Shown piece after piece: positions 53,644 through 62,044 of a DNA stretch of 64,000 nt. The DNA is from Chloroflexota bacterium (GTDB lineage: Bacteria; Chloroflexota; Limnocylindria; Limnocylindrales; CSP1-4): the NCBI GenBank assembly GCA_034430475.1, contig DAOUEA010000009.1:107578-171577 (forward strand). The letters are read 5' to 3'. A program made the position numbers and the translations under genes. Within the stretch, counting starts at the first letter, position 1, and each line of letters begins with the position of its first letter. The notes under the pieces are model-generated. The model was given only the letters and a program-made list of their open reading frames with translations. It was not told the DNA's origin and ran no database searches.

Positions 53644-53708
53644 ATCGGCCGTTACTCGCTCTCCGATCCGGCGTTCGGCGCCCATTGCCGCACCGCCGCG
53701 GAGTCAGC

Positions 53709-54659
53709 TCACAAGTCCGTTATGTCCATCACGTAGTCGATGTAGTACTTCTGCTGCTGGCTCTCCAGGGGCAGGAGCAGATACAAGCCCGTCACGTCCT
53801 TTGGAACTACCTGGGTTGTCGTCCAAACTGCTTCGCCACCGGCCTTGGTGATCGGAACAATGGCCAGGTGAGGGGTCTGGTAGAAGCCGTACAGGATTCC
53901 GTCCGAACCGATCACGGGCGGGGTCCCGATGTGAACGTAGGCCTGATACTCGGTCGGGTTCGTGCTACGCCAGTCGAACTGGAGGCCCTCGTCGGTCCTC
54001 TTGGCATCGACCAGCGTCACGGTGCAGCCGTTGATCCCAACGAGCGCGTCCCCAACCTTGGACATCGGCAGGCCAGCGATCGTCTCGGCAATCGGATATG
54101 CGGTGTCGGTGACGATCTTGTCCAGCTGGACGGTCATCGTCTTGGACACCTGGCGATTCGGCAGGTAGTAGTTGTACGGCCCGGTGACGTAGCTGTAGGT
54201 GATGGAGAGAGTCTTCGCATCGGACTGGCTGACGCCCGCGCACTCGACGTACAGCGGCTGCGTAACCGGCGCGGAGGCCGAGCCCCCAGTGTAGCCCTTC
54301 ATGACGAATCCGGGCGCCAGGTACCAGCCGGCGTTGTTCACGAAGACGGAAGTGCCCACGAAGACCGTGCCGCAATCCTGGCTGCCGCCGTCGGACTTCG
54401 TCACCGTAGCCCTGGAGGCACTGACGTCCATTGCCGACCACTTGTTCGTCTTGTTGACGATCGAGAGATCGACGTGGACCGCCCCGCCCGATTCCGAGAC
54501 ACCGTTGACGATCCCCGACCAGCCTTCGTCAAGGATGAAGGGGGTCGGCGTGCCGAACTCGATGGGGGGCACGATGTACTCGCACCCCGCGCTCGCGACG
54601 CCGAGGATGATGGCCGCTCCGAGTGCGGCCCACGCCGTCAGCTGACGATTCTTCTTCAT
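53709..54659 (-). CDS. lipoprotein of unknown function (two beta-rich, DUF4352-like modules)
   Basis: Signal peptide plus lipobox LGVASAG-C. 316 aa rich in beta-strand-like sequence. Starts 4 nt after the stop of the upstream permease gene. No catalytic motif recognised. Confidence 0.7.
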   Translation of the reverse strand: MKKNRQLTAWAALGAAIILGVASAGCEYIVPPIEFGTPTPFILDEGWSGIVNGVSESGGAVHVDLSIVNKTNKWSAMDVSASRATVTKSDGGSQDCGTVFVGTSVFVNNAGWYLAPGFVMKGYTGGSASAPVTQPLYVECAGVSQSDAKTLSITYSYVTGPYNYYLPNRQVSKTMTVQLDKIVTDTAYPIAETIAGLPMSKVGDALVGINGCTVTLVDAKRTDEGLQFDWRSTNPTEYQAYVHIGTPPVIGSDGILYGFYQTPHLAIVPITKAGGEAVWTTTQVVPKDVTGLYLLLPLESQQQKYYIDYVMDITDL

Positions 54660-54663
54660 TGCA

Positions 54664-56304
54664 CTACACGCTCATCGGGATAATGGCTGCCAGCTTGCTG
54701 GTGACGAGCCAGTACGGGGCAGGTGCGTCGGTTCCACCGTCCACTGCGCCTACGGTCTTCTCCTGGTCGTTGTACTTGATGGTTATGTTGTACTCGTAGC
54801 ACGCGGCGCACGGCGTGTGATGGGTGGTGTAGAACTCGTCGGTGAACCATCCGTAGCCCTCGATCGCCTCGAGAGCCGAGTCCAGCTTCTCGACCTCGAT
54901 CTGAGCCTCCAGGATGTTGCCGTCGCCGTAGTCGCCGACGACTCGCCCGTCCGGGTAGATGGCGAAGATCTCTTCGATGCAGTAGCTGCCGCCATTGCGC
55001 TCGTAGATGACGACGGCGTCACTGTCAATCAGCGTCTGGACCTGCTCAGGCCGCATCGGCTCTGGAGTGCAGGTCCGGGTCTGCTGCTTCGGGAAGATGA
55101 ACGGAGCGGCGACGAACCACAGTGACCCCAGCACGAGGATGGTGGCCAGGCCGATGCCGCCATAGCGGACGGGCGTCGTCTTGTACCAGACCGTTGGCTT
55201 CTTCGGGATGCGCACTCCGGTGCGAGACCGAGCCACGGCCGCCTCATTCCAGGCGGAGACCAGGCTTTGGATCCCAAGGAAGAGCAACATCAGGGCGCCG
55301 ATGAAGATGTAGGCGAAGTACGAAAGGAGATTCGCGTTGAGAACCAGGGCCTGGATCAGCGTGGTCAGAACCGCTCCGACCAGCGCTCCGATCATGTAGC
55401 CTTCGCCGCCGGTCAGAGCCACGCCGCCGATGACCACGGCCGCGATGACGGTCAGCTCGAACATCTCGCCGTGAGATCCGTGGCCGGAGCCCACATAGAT
55501 GCTGAACAGGATGCCGCCCAGGGCGGCGCAGAACCCGCTCAGAGTGTAGACGCCGACCTTGGTCCGATTGACCGGCAGGCCCATCAGCCGCGACGACACC
55601 TCGTTGGCGCCGTTCTGGCCCCCGATCGAGTACACGGCCCGGCCGAAGCGAGTGTAGTGAAGGACGAACAGGCCGGCCGCGAAGAGGAGCAGGGCGACGG
55701 CCACCAGGTAGGTGATGTAGGGCCCGTCCCGCAGATACGGGTTCGGGTTCGAAACGTCGGACAGGAAGGGGATCAGGATCTTCGTCTGGCTCAATGTCGT
55801 GTAGGTCGTATCGCGGATCCTGACCTCCTGGTCGCTGATGACGTAGCACAAGCCGCGTGCCAGCCACAGCCCGGCCAGGGTGGCGATGAAGGGCTGCACC
55901 TTCAGATAGGTGATGAACAGCCCCTGCACCATGCCGAAGATGGTGCCCATGATCAGGACGATGACGAAGGCCACCCACGGGTTGAAGCCTTCGTTGACCA
56001 GCGACACCGCCACGACCGTGGACAGGGCGAGGATGCCGCTGACGGACAGGTCGATGCCGCCGGAGATGATCACGAAGGCCTCGCCGACGACGCACACGAT
56101 GAGGAACGGCGCGGCGTCGAAGAGGTTGAAGAAAGCCTGCCAGTTGTCCATCGCGCCGAAGGCGATGAACCCCCAAGCGTAGACGGCGATGAACAGGGCG
56201 AACGTGGAGGCGAGCGGAACGAACTTGCGGTTTCGCTCGCCCGCGATCTCCCAGATCGCGCGCAGGGCGAGCCCTACTGTCCCAGGTCCAGGTGCGGCGG
56301 TCAT
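54664..56304 (-). CDS. sugar ABC transporter permease (RbsC/YjfF type) with a ~190-aa C-terminal extension (extra TM helix plus extracytoplasmic domain)
   Basis: 546 aa. The N-terminal ~355 aa is a typical branched-chain/ribose-type permease core. It is followed by RIPKKPTVWYK, TM helix GGIGLATILVLGSLWFVAAPFIF and a soluble domain with 4 Cys (TRTC, SYC, PCAAC). Confidence 0.85.
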   Translation of the reverse strand: MTAAPGPGTVGLALRAIWEIAGERNRKFVPLASTFALFIAVYAWGFIAFGAMDNWQAFFNLFDAAPFLIVCVVGEAFVIISGGIDLSVSGILALSTVVAVSLVNEGFNPWVAFVIVLIMGTIFGMVQGLFITYLKVQPFIATLAGLWLARGLCYVISDQEVRIRDTTYTTLSQTKILIPFLSDVSNPNPYLRDGPYITYLVAVALLLFAAGLFVLHYTRFGRAVYSIGGQNGANEVSSRLMGLPVNRTKVGVYTLSGFCAALGGILFSIYVGSGHGSHGEMFELTVIAAVVIGGVALTGGEGYMIGALVGAVLTTLIQALVLNANLLSYFAYIFIGALMLLFLGIQSLVSAWNEAAVARSRTGVRIPKKPTVWYKTTPVRYGGIGLATILVLGSLWFVAAPFIFPKQQTRTCTPEPMRPEQVQTLIDSDAVVIYERNGGSYCIEEIFAIYPDGRVVGDYGDGNILEAQIEVEKLDSALEAIEGYGWFTDEFYTTHHTPCAACYEYNITIKYNDQEKTVGAVDGGTDAPAPYWLVTSKLAAIIPMSV

Positions 56305-57416
56305 CGCCCTGCCTCCTGAGGCGCGAGCCTCCTACTCACCAACCCCATGATGAAGGTCTGTGTCTGTTCCGCGTAGAGCAGGATGACGAGAATGACCACG
56401 ATCGCCTTTACGGCGATGATCGCGCTCGCCGGCACGCCGAACGACAGCATTGACACCACTGTTGTCTGCAGGACCAGCGCCCCGATGGCGCTGCCGGTGA
56501 GAGAGAACTTCCCGCCTGCTCCAAGGAGCGTGCCGCCGATCACGACCGCCAGGATGGCGTCCAGCTCGGTGTACAGGCCGATGTTGTTGGCATCGGAGGT
56601 CCTGATGTTGGAGGCGATGATCAGGCCGGCGACACCGGCGCAGAACCCGCAGAAACCGTAGGCGAAGAGCTTGACGCGGCGCTCATGAAGGCCGCTGTAG
56701 AAGCTCGATCGGGCGTTGATGCCCACCGACTCGACATACAGGCCGATGGCCGTGCTGCGCGTCAGCAGCACGGACGCCAGGAGCACCGCTCCCGCTATGT
56801 ACAGAGCGAAGGGGAGATTGAGGGGTAGACCGAAGGGCAGGATCACGAAGCCGTTGCCGATGTAGGCGTAGGTGTCGTTGAAGACGATGATCTGCATCGC
56901 GTTGGTGATGAGCTGGGCGATGCCGCGCCCGGCGATCATCAGAATCAGCGTGGCGACCATCGGCTGGATGCGCCCATAGGCCACCAGCATGCCGTTCCAC
57001 AAACCGCACAGCGTGGCGATCACCAGCGGGACGATCACCACAAGGACGAGCGGCATCCAGGTGTACTGGGGATCGTTGATGAACTGACGAGGGTCGGCCA
57101 GGTTCATGCCCACGATCGTCGGGTTGATCATGATGCACGACACCGAGGAGGCGATCGCGATGATCGCGCCGACCGAGAGGTCCACGCCTCCGGTCGCAAT
57201 CACCAGCGTCATGCCGATGGCCAGGATCATCGTCGGCGAGCCGTGCCACAGGATGTCGATGATGTGGCCGTAGAGATGCCCCTCCTTGAGCTCGAGCTCG
57301 AAGAACCCGGGAACCAAGAAGAAGTCCCCAACGAGAATGAACGCCAGGGCCAGAGTCGGCATGAAGAGCATGCTCTCGGTGAACCTGGACCACGCGGACC
57401 CGAAGCCGTTGTTCAT
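56301..57416 (-). CDS. sugar ABC transporter permease (RbsC/YtfT type)
   Basis: 371 aa, about 10 TM helices, GGVDLSVGAI motif. Overlaps its neighbours by 4 nt at both ends. Confidence 0.9.
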   Translation of the reverse strand: MNNGFGSAWSRFTESMLFMPTLALAFILVGDFFLVPGFFELELKEGHLYGHIIDILWHGSPTMILAIGMTLVIATGGVDLSVGAIIAIASSVSCIMINPTIVGMNLADPRQFINDPQYTWMPLVLVVIVPLVIATLCGLWNGMLVAYGRIQPMVATLILMIAGRGIAQLITNAMQIIVFNDTYAYIGNGFVILPFGLPLNLPFALYIAGAVLLASVLLTRSTAIGLYVESVGINARSSFYSGLHERRVKLFAYGFCGFCAGVAGLIIASNIRTSDANNIGLYTELDAILAVVIGGTLLGAGGKFSLTGSAIGALVLQTTVVSMLSFGVPASAIIAVKAIVVILVILLYAEQTQTFIMGLVSRRLAPQEAGR

Positions 57417-58936
57417 GACAGCGTCCCTGCGATCGAATGCATGAGTCTCTTCTCGTCCACCTGACCGGCGAACTCATCGGCTTTGGCTCGGTCGCGCATC
57501 ACGACCACTCGGTGACTGGTCCGGAGCACCTCGTCGAGCTCCGACGAGATGAACACGCAGGACTTGCCTTCGTCGGCCAAGTCGAGCACCAGCCGCTGGA
57601 TATCCGCCTTCGTCCCGACGTCGATTCCGCGGGTGGGCTCGTCGAGGATCAGGACCTTAGGGTTCGCAGCCAGCCAGCGGGCGACGATCACCTTCTGCTG
57701 GTTGCCGCCGCTCAGGTTCTTGACCTTCTGATCCGGGCTGGGAGCGCTGATGCTGAGGAGCTTCATGTACTTGTCGGCGATCTCATACTGCTCCCTCGTC
57801 CCAATCCGGCTGAACCAGTACCTGCCTGCCTGCAGAGCCAGGATGATGTTCTCGCGGATGCTCAGCTCGCCGATGATGCCCTCGACCTTCCGATCTTCGG
57901 GGCAGAGAGCGACTCCGCGGCGAATGGAGGCACTGGGCGAGAACGACCTGATCGGCTTGCCGTTCATGCGGGCAGTGCCCGTGTCCGGCTTGTCGACCCC
58001 AAACAGCAGCCTGGCGACCTCGGTGCGACCCGAGCCGAGGATGCCTGCCAGCCCGACGACCTCCCCCTTGTGGAGCGTCAGGTCCAGGGGCTCGAGCGCG
58101 CCGGACAGGCCCAGCTGCTCGGCTTCGAGCAGGGGCTCCGTCCCGATACGCTTGCTGCTCTCCATCTTGTGAGCCGTCATGTCGTCGAGGGCAGCGAGGC
58201 TGCGTCCGAGCATCAGCCGGATCAGATCGAGCCGCGACAGCGACTTGGTGGCGTAGGTGCCGACCAGTGCGCCGTTCCGCAGAACGGTCACGCGATCCGA
58301 GACCTGGAAGACCTGGTCGAGGAAGTGGGTGATGAAGATGATCGCGATCCCCTCATCCCGCAGCTTCCGCATGACCTCGAAGAGCTGCGCCGTCTCAGTG
58401 ATGGTGAGGCTCGACGTGGGCTCGTCCAGGATGAGGACCCGGGCGTTGGAGATGGATAGCGCTCGGGCGATGGCGACCATCTGCTGAATCGCGATCGAGT
58501 ACGAGCCGAGGGGCTGGGTCACGTCGATGTCGAGGCCCAGGTCCCGCATGAAGGTCTTGGCTCTGCGGTTGAGCTCCCCCCACCTGATCGCGAAGTGCAG
58601 CCGCTCCGGCTGCCGGCCGATGAGAAGGTTCTCAGCCACCGTCAGGTTCGGGCAGAGATTGATCTCCTGGTAGACGGTGCTGATACCGAGCTCCTGCGCA
58701 TGGAGCGGAGAGCGGACCGTAACCATGCGGCCATCGAACTCGATGTTCCCGCTGTCGGCGCGGTCGGCCCCGGTGAGGATCTTGATAAGGGTCGACTTGC
58801 CCGCCCCGTTTTCGCCGACAAGGGCATGGATCTCACCTCGAGCCAGAGAGAAGGCCACGTTGTCGAGCGCATGTACTCCGGGGAAGCTCTTGTCGATGCC
58901 CGTCATGACGACGATATCGTTGCTGGGGTCCGGCAT
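57413..58936 (-). CDS. sugar ABC transporter ATP-binding protein, duplicated ATPase (RbsA/YtfR type)
   Basis: 507 aa. First half has GENGAGKST and ILDEPTSSL. Second half has a degenerate Walker A (GILGSGRTE), LSGGNQQKV and ILDEPTRGIDVG. Confidence 0.93.
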   Translation of the reverse strand: MPDPSNDIVVMTGIDKSFPGVHALDNVAFSLARGEIHALVGENGAGKSTLIKILTGADRADSGNIEFDGRMVTVRSPLHAQELGISTVYQEINLCPNLTVAENLLIGRQPERLHFAIRWGELNRRAKTFMRDLGLDIDVTQPLGSYSIAIQQMVAIARALSISNARVLILDEPTSSLTITETAQLFEVMRKLRDEGIAIIFITHFLDQVFQVSDRVTVLRNGALVGTYATKSLSRLDLIRLMLGRSLAALDDMTAHKMESSKRIGTEPLLEAEQLGLSGALEPLDLTLHKGEVVGLAGILGSGRTEVARLLFGVDKPDTGTARMNGKPIRSFSPSASIRRGVALCPEDRKVEGIIGELSIRENIILALQAGRYWFSRIGTREQYEIADKYMKLLSISAPSPDQKVKNLSGGNQQKVIVARWLAANPKVLILDEPTRGIDVGTKADIQRLVLDLADEGKSCVFISSELDEVLRTSHRVVVMRDRAKADEFAGQVDEKRLMHSIAGTLS

Positions 58937-59104
58937 GAGTCACCTCTGTCGCAACTACCCCGCGCCCATTCCTGGTGGGCATCGGGAGCGACGATCATTC
59001 TCGACCATTGCGGGCATGACAGGGGCTCTGCGATGCAGTCGATCGTGGCCCCGACCGCGCCCGTCTCTTGAGGGCGGCGTGCCCTGTCTCCAGGGCTTGA
59101 GATT

Positions 59105-59143
59105 GGCGAAGGGGGAGCAGGGTTGCGTGGCTCCCCCTTCGCC
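59105..59143 (-). other. perfect 14-bp stem hairpin immediately 3' of the binding-protein gene (intra-operon attenuator or mRNA stabiliser)
   Basis: GGCGAAGGGGGAGC-N11-GCTCCCCCTTCGCC. Lies 9 nt past the SBP stop inside a 215-nt gap before the ATPase gene. No clear U-tract on the minus strand. Confidence 0.55.
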
Positions 59144-59151
59144 CGGGACTA

Positions 59152-60177
59152 CTAGTACTTGCGGGTGTCGAGGATCTTCTGAAGCTCGTCCGCGCCCTGG
59201 GAGGCGAAGAACTCGCCCTCCTCCGACGGGACCCACTTCGGGGTGCCCTCAACGCCGTTCAGGCCGTCAAGAGCGGCCTTGTAGACCTGCGGGGCCAGGA
59301 GCGGGTTGCACTCGATGTCCGCACCCAGCTGACCCGAGATGAGGTACTTGAAGCCGTTGGCCGTGGCGTCGACGCCGACGAAGAAGATGTCCTCGCCGGG
59401 CTTGAGGCCGCCGGCCTCGGAGGCCTGGATGGCTGCAATGGCGAGCTCGTCGTTGTGGCCGAACACGCCGTTGATGTTGTCGTACTTCTTCAGGAAGGCT
59501 TCCATGATCGACTTGCCGACCGTGGGATCCCACCCGGCAGCGTACTGGCTGTCGAGGACGGTGATGCCGCAGGCGCCCATGGCCTCGCGGAAGCCCTGGC
59601 CGCGGTCAACGGCGGCTGAAGCGCCCTGGTCGCCGCCGATCTCGACGACATTCTTGTCAGTCGAGTTCTCGAGCAGCGTGCACATCGCGGCCGCAGCCTT
59701 CTGGCCTTCCTGGTTGAAGTCCGACCCGATGTACGTGTAGTACAGGCTCGAGTCGGCGTCGATGCGGCGGTCCTCGAGAACGACGACCTTGCCCGCGGCC
59801 TTGGCGGCCTTGAGCACATCGTCATACCCGGTGATGTCCACCGCGGCCAGGATGATCACGTTGACTTCGTCGTCCTGGATGAACTGGTTGAAGGCCGTGA
59901 TCTGGTTCTCGATCTTGTTCTGGGAATCGTAGAACTTGAGGGTGATGCCGAGCGAGTCCGCAGTCTCCTTGAAGGAGGAGGTGTTGGCCGCTCGCCAACC
60001 GCTCTCGGACCCGGTCTGGATGAACCCAACGACCATGTCCGTGTATTCGTAGGTCTTCGCAGCCTGGCTCTGAGGGGCCTCGGTGGCCTGAGGGGCCTCG
60101 GTGGCCTCAGTGCTCGAGCAGGCGCCCAGCGTCGCGACGATGGCGAACGCAGCAGCAATCCGGAGCATTCGATTCAT
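59152..60177 (-). CDS. periplasmic-binding-protein type I sugar-binding lipoprotein (YtfQ/RbsB-like)
   Basis: Lipobox ATLGA-C, TEAPQA linker, then VGFIQTGSESGWRAANTSSFKE... and GVDATANG, typical of ribose/galactofuranose-type SBPs. GGAG RBS. Confidence 0.9.
   Translation of the reverse strand: MNRMLRIAAAFAIVATLGACSSTEATEAPQATEAPQSQAAKTYEYTDMVVGFIQTGSESGWRAANTSSFKETADSLGITLKFYDSQNKIENQITAFNQFIQDDEVNVIILAAVDITGYDDVLKAAKAAGKVVVLEDRRIDADSSLYYTYIGSDFNQEGQKAAAAMCTLLENSTDKNVVEIGGDQGASAAVDRGQGFREAMGACGITVLDSQYAAGWDPTVGKSIMEAFLKKYDNINGVFGHNDELAIAAIQASEAGGLKPGEDIFFVGVDATANGFKYLISGQLGADIECNPLLAPQVYKAALDGLNGVEGTPKWVPSEEGEFFASQGADELQKILDTRKY
60071..60106. repeat. perfect 18-bp tandem duplication inside the SBP linker
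   Basis: TGAGGGGCCTCGGTGGCC x2 (60071-60088, 60089-60106). Encodes the duplicated TEAPQA in the lipoprotein linker. Confidence 0.85.
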
Positions 60178-60383
60178 GTTTGCCTGTCTCCGTGTCTTCT
60201 TCCGGCCTTGGGCCTTGCGAAACTGGTCCGGGGGTGCGGTTCTCCCGCATCGCTGGTCGTCACAGCCCCCGGCTTGCGCCAGCTTCTACCTCGCTGTCAG
60301 TTGGCTCGTGACGCCATCCACACCTCCTCCGAGCCGGCCGATCAGCCAGTGGCCTGGCCCATCAACAAACCCGGTCGCCTCCC

Positions 60384-60415
60384 TTGGCCTTCCTTCCGGT
60401 TGGCCTTCCTTCTGG
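60384..60415. repeat. 16-bp tandem duplication TTGGCCTTCCTTC(C/T)GG x2 in the long SBP/LacI intergenic region
   Basis: Read directly from the sequence. Pyrimidine-rich on the plus strand and GGAAGGAAGG-rich on the SBP strand. Confidence 0.6.
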
Positions 60416-60680
60416 CCTCTCCTAGGGCAAGTGCTCGGCCGCTGCGCTCGAGGTGCAGGGCCATCTCAGTCGCAGACGGACTCCTATGACGATTCCCGTG
60501 CAGCCGTCTCTTCCGCCGGGATCACAGCTGAAGCCTCCGGGCTCTGTGTCACGCCATCCGCCGGACGGCAGTGGCCTGGGGTCAACCCGCGTGACCGAGC
60601 CGGGCTTCGACCTCCTCTGCGGAGGGTCGACTTCCTGGGCTCTCTTTGCCCTTCTCTCCTTGCGTGCCTGCCAACCCGGT

Positions 60681-60718
60681 GTTATCGTTCCCGTTATCGG
60701 TCACGGTAACGGTAACGG
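60681..60718. promoter_or_regulatory. array of four TAAC/GTTA half-sites (GTTATCG x2 then CGGTAAC x2), candidate LacI-family operator
   Basis: GTTATCGTTCCCGTTATCGGTCACGGTAACGGTAACGG. It includes CCGTTA-N10-TAACGG inverted arms. Lies about 110 nt upstream of the LacI start. Confidence 0.4.
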
Positions 60719-60827
60719 CGGCACCTTACACGACCGGGCAATCGGAGTCAATAGGCGAAGCCAGGTTCAGGCGATTTCCAGCGCTGGTGCTACCGTTGCC
60801 GCGCTGGCAGCGAGGAGGAACCGCACC

Positions 60828-61949
60828 GTGGCCCCAGCGAAGCGCCTTACGATCCGCGACATCGCGGCCGCAGCAGGCGTCTCCACGCAGACGGTATCGC
60901 GTGTCCTGAACAACCGGCCGGATGTCTCAGATGAGACGGCCGAGCGCGTGCGCCGGGTCATCCAGGAGACGGGCTACGCCCCCAACATGCTGGCCAGGAG
61001 CCTGACCCAGGGCCGGAGCCATGTCCTGGGCGTGGTCGCCTACGGGCTGCACTACTTCGGGCCGTCTCAGGTCCTGATGGCCATCGAGCGCCAGGCCGCC
61101 GAGATGGGCTACGCCATCATGCTGAATCTCATCCTCCAGCCCGGGACTGCCGCCGTCGAGCACCTGCTGGACGGGTTCACGGCCCGGCGGGTGGATGGTG
61201 TCATCTGGGCGATCCCCGAGGTCGGCGACAACAGGAGCGTGCTGCAGAGCCGCGTTGCCGACCTGCCGCTGCCGGTGATCATCGTGGGTGGCAGCACCGG
61301 GCGGCCCTGCCTGGCCTCGATCGCGATCGACAACGCCGCCATCGGCCGTCTGGCGGCCGAGCATCTCATCGGTGGCGGCGCCAGGCACGTGGGAATCATC
61401 ACCGGGCCCATGAGCTGGTGGGAGGCGCGGCAGCGCCTGGAGGGCTGGCGCCAGACGATGGTCGCCCACGGCCGCACGATCGAGGACTGCCTGGTCGTCG
61501 AGGGTGACTGGACAGTCTCCAGCGGTGAGAGGGCCTTCAACCAGATCATCGACGTTTGTCCGGACATAGACGCCATCTACGCCAGCAACGACCAGATGGC
61601 ACTGGGCGTCCTCCACGCGGCTCTGTGCCGGGGCATGCGCGTCCCGGAGGACCTGGCGGTGATCGGAACGGACAACACCGCCGAAGGCAGCCACTACTGG
61701 CCGCCCCTGAGCACAGTCGACCAGCCGCTCGGCCTGGCCGGCGAGATGGCCGTGAAGGCGATCGACGGCCTGATCGCCAGCTCGCGCACCATCCGTCGGG
61801 CGGCCGACGTCGCGCCCGAGATGACGCTGCTCGAGCCGGAGCTGATCGTGCGCCAGAGCACCCGGCCGGTGATGGCGAGCGCGACCCCCGACGTGGCGCC
61901 GGCGTCCGGTCATGGCGAGCCGATGTCCTCCAGGGTCCCGACGAGCTGA
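60828..61949 (+). CDS. LacI-family transcriptional regulator
   Basis: GTG 60828 with GAGGAGGA 8 nt upstream. HTH TIRDIAAAAGVSTQTVSRVLNNRPDVSDETAERVRRVIQETGYAPNMLARSL, followed by a periplasmic-binding-fold effector domain. Confidence 0.9.
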   Translation: MAPAKRLTIRDIAAAAGVSTQTVSRVLNNRPDVSDETAERVRRVIQETGYAPNMLARSLTQGRSHVLGVVAYGLHYFGPSQVLMAIERQAAEMGYAIMLNLILQPGTAAVEHLLDGFTARRVDGVIWAIPEVGDNRSVLQSRVADLPLPVIIVGGSTGRPCLASIAIDNAAIGRLAAEHLIGGGARHVGIITGPMSWWEARQRLEGWRQTMVAHGRTIEDCLVVEGDWTVSSGERAFNQIIDVCPDIDAIYASNDQMALGVLHAALCRGMRVPEDLAVIGTDNTAEGSHYWPPLSTVDQPLGLAGEMAVKAIDGLIASSRTIRRAADVAPEMTLLEPELIVRQSTRPVMASATPDVAPASGHGEPMSSRVPTS

Positions 61950-62009
61950 CGAATCCCGGGCCTCGCCGAGGCTCGACTGATCCGCTCCTGCCCCCGAAAC
62001 GTAAGTTCG

Positions 62010-62038
62010 TTGACAGCCCGGGGCGCCGATCCTAGACT
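62010..62038 (+). promoter_or_regulatory. sigma-70-like promoter TTGACA-N17-TAGACT
   Basis: TTGACA 62010-62015, 17-nt spacer, TAGACT 62033-62038. Lies 60 nt past the LacI stop and about 320 nt upstream of the ABC-2 ATPase ATG. Confidence 0.5.
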
Positions 62039-62044
62039 CCCCCA

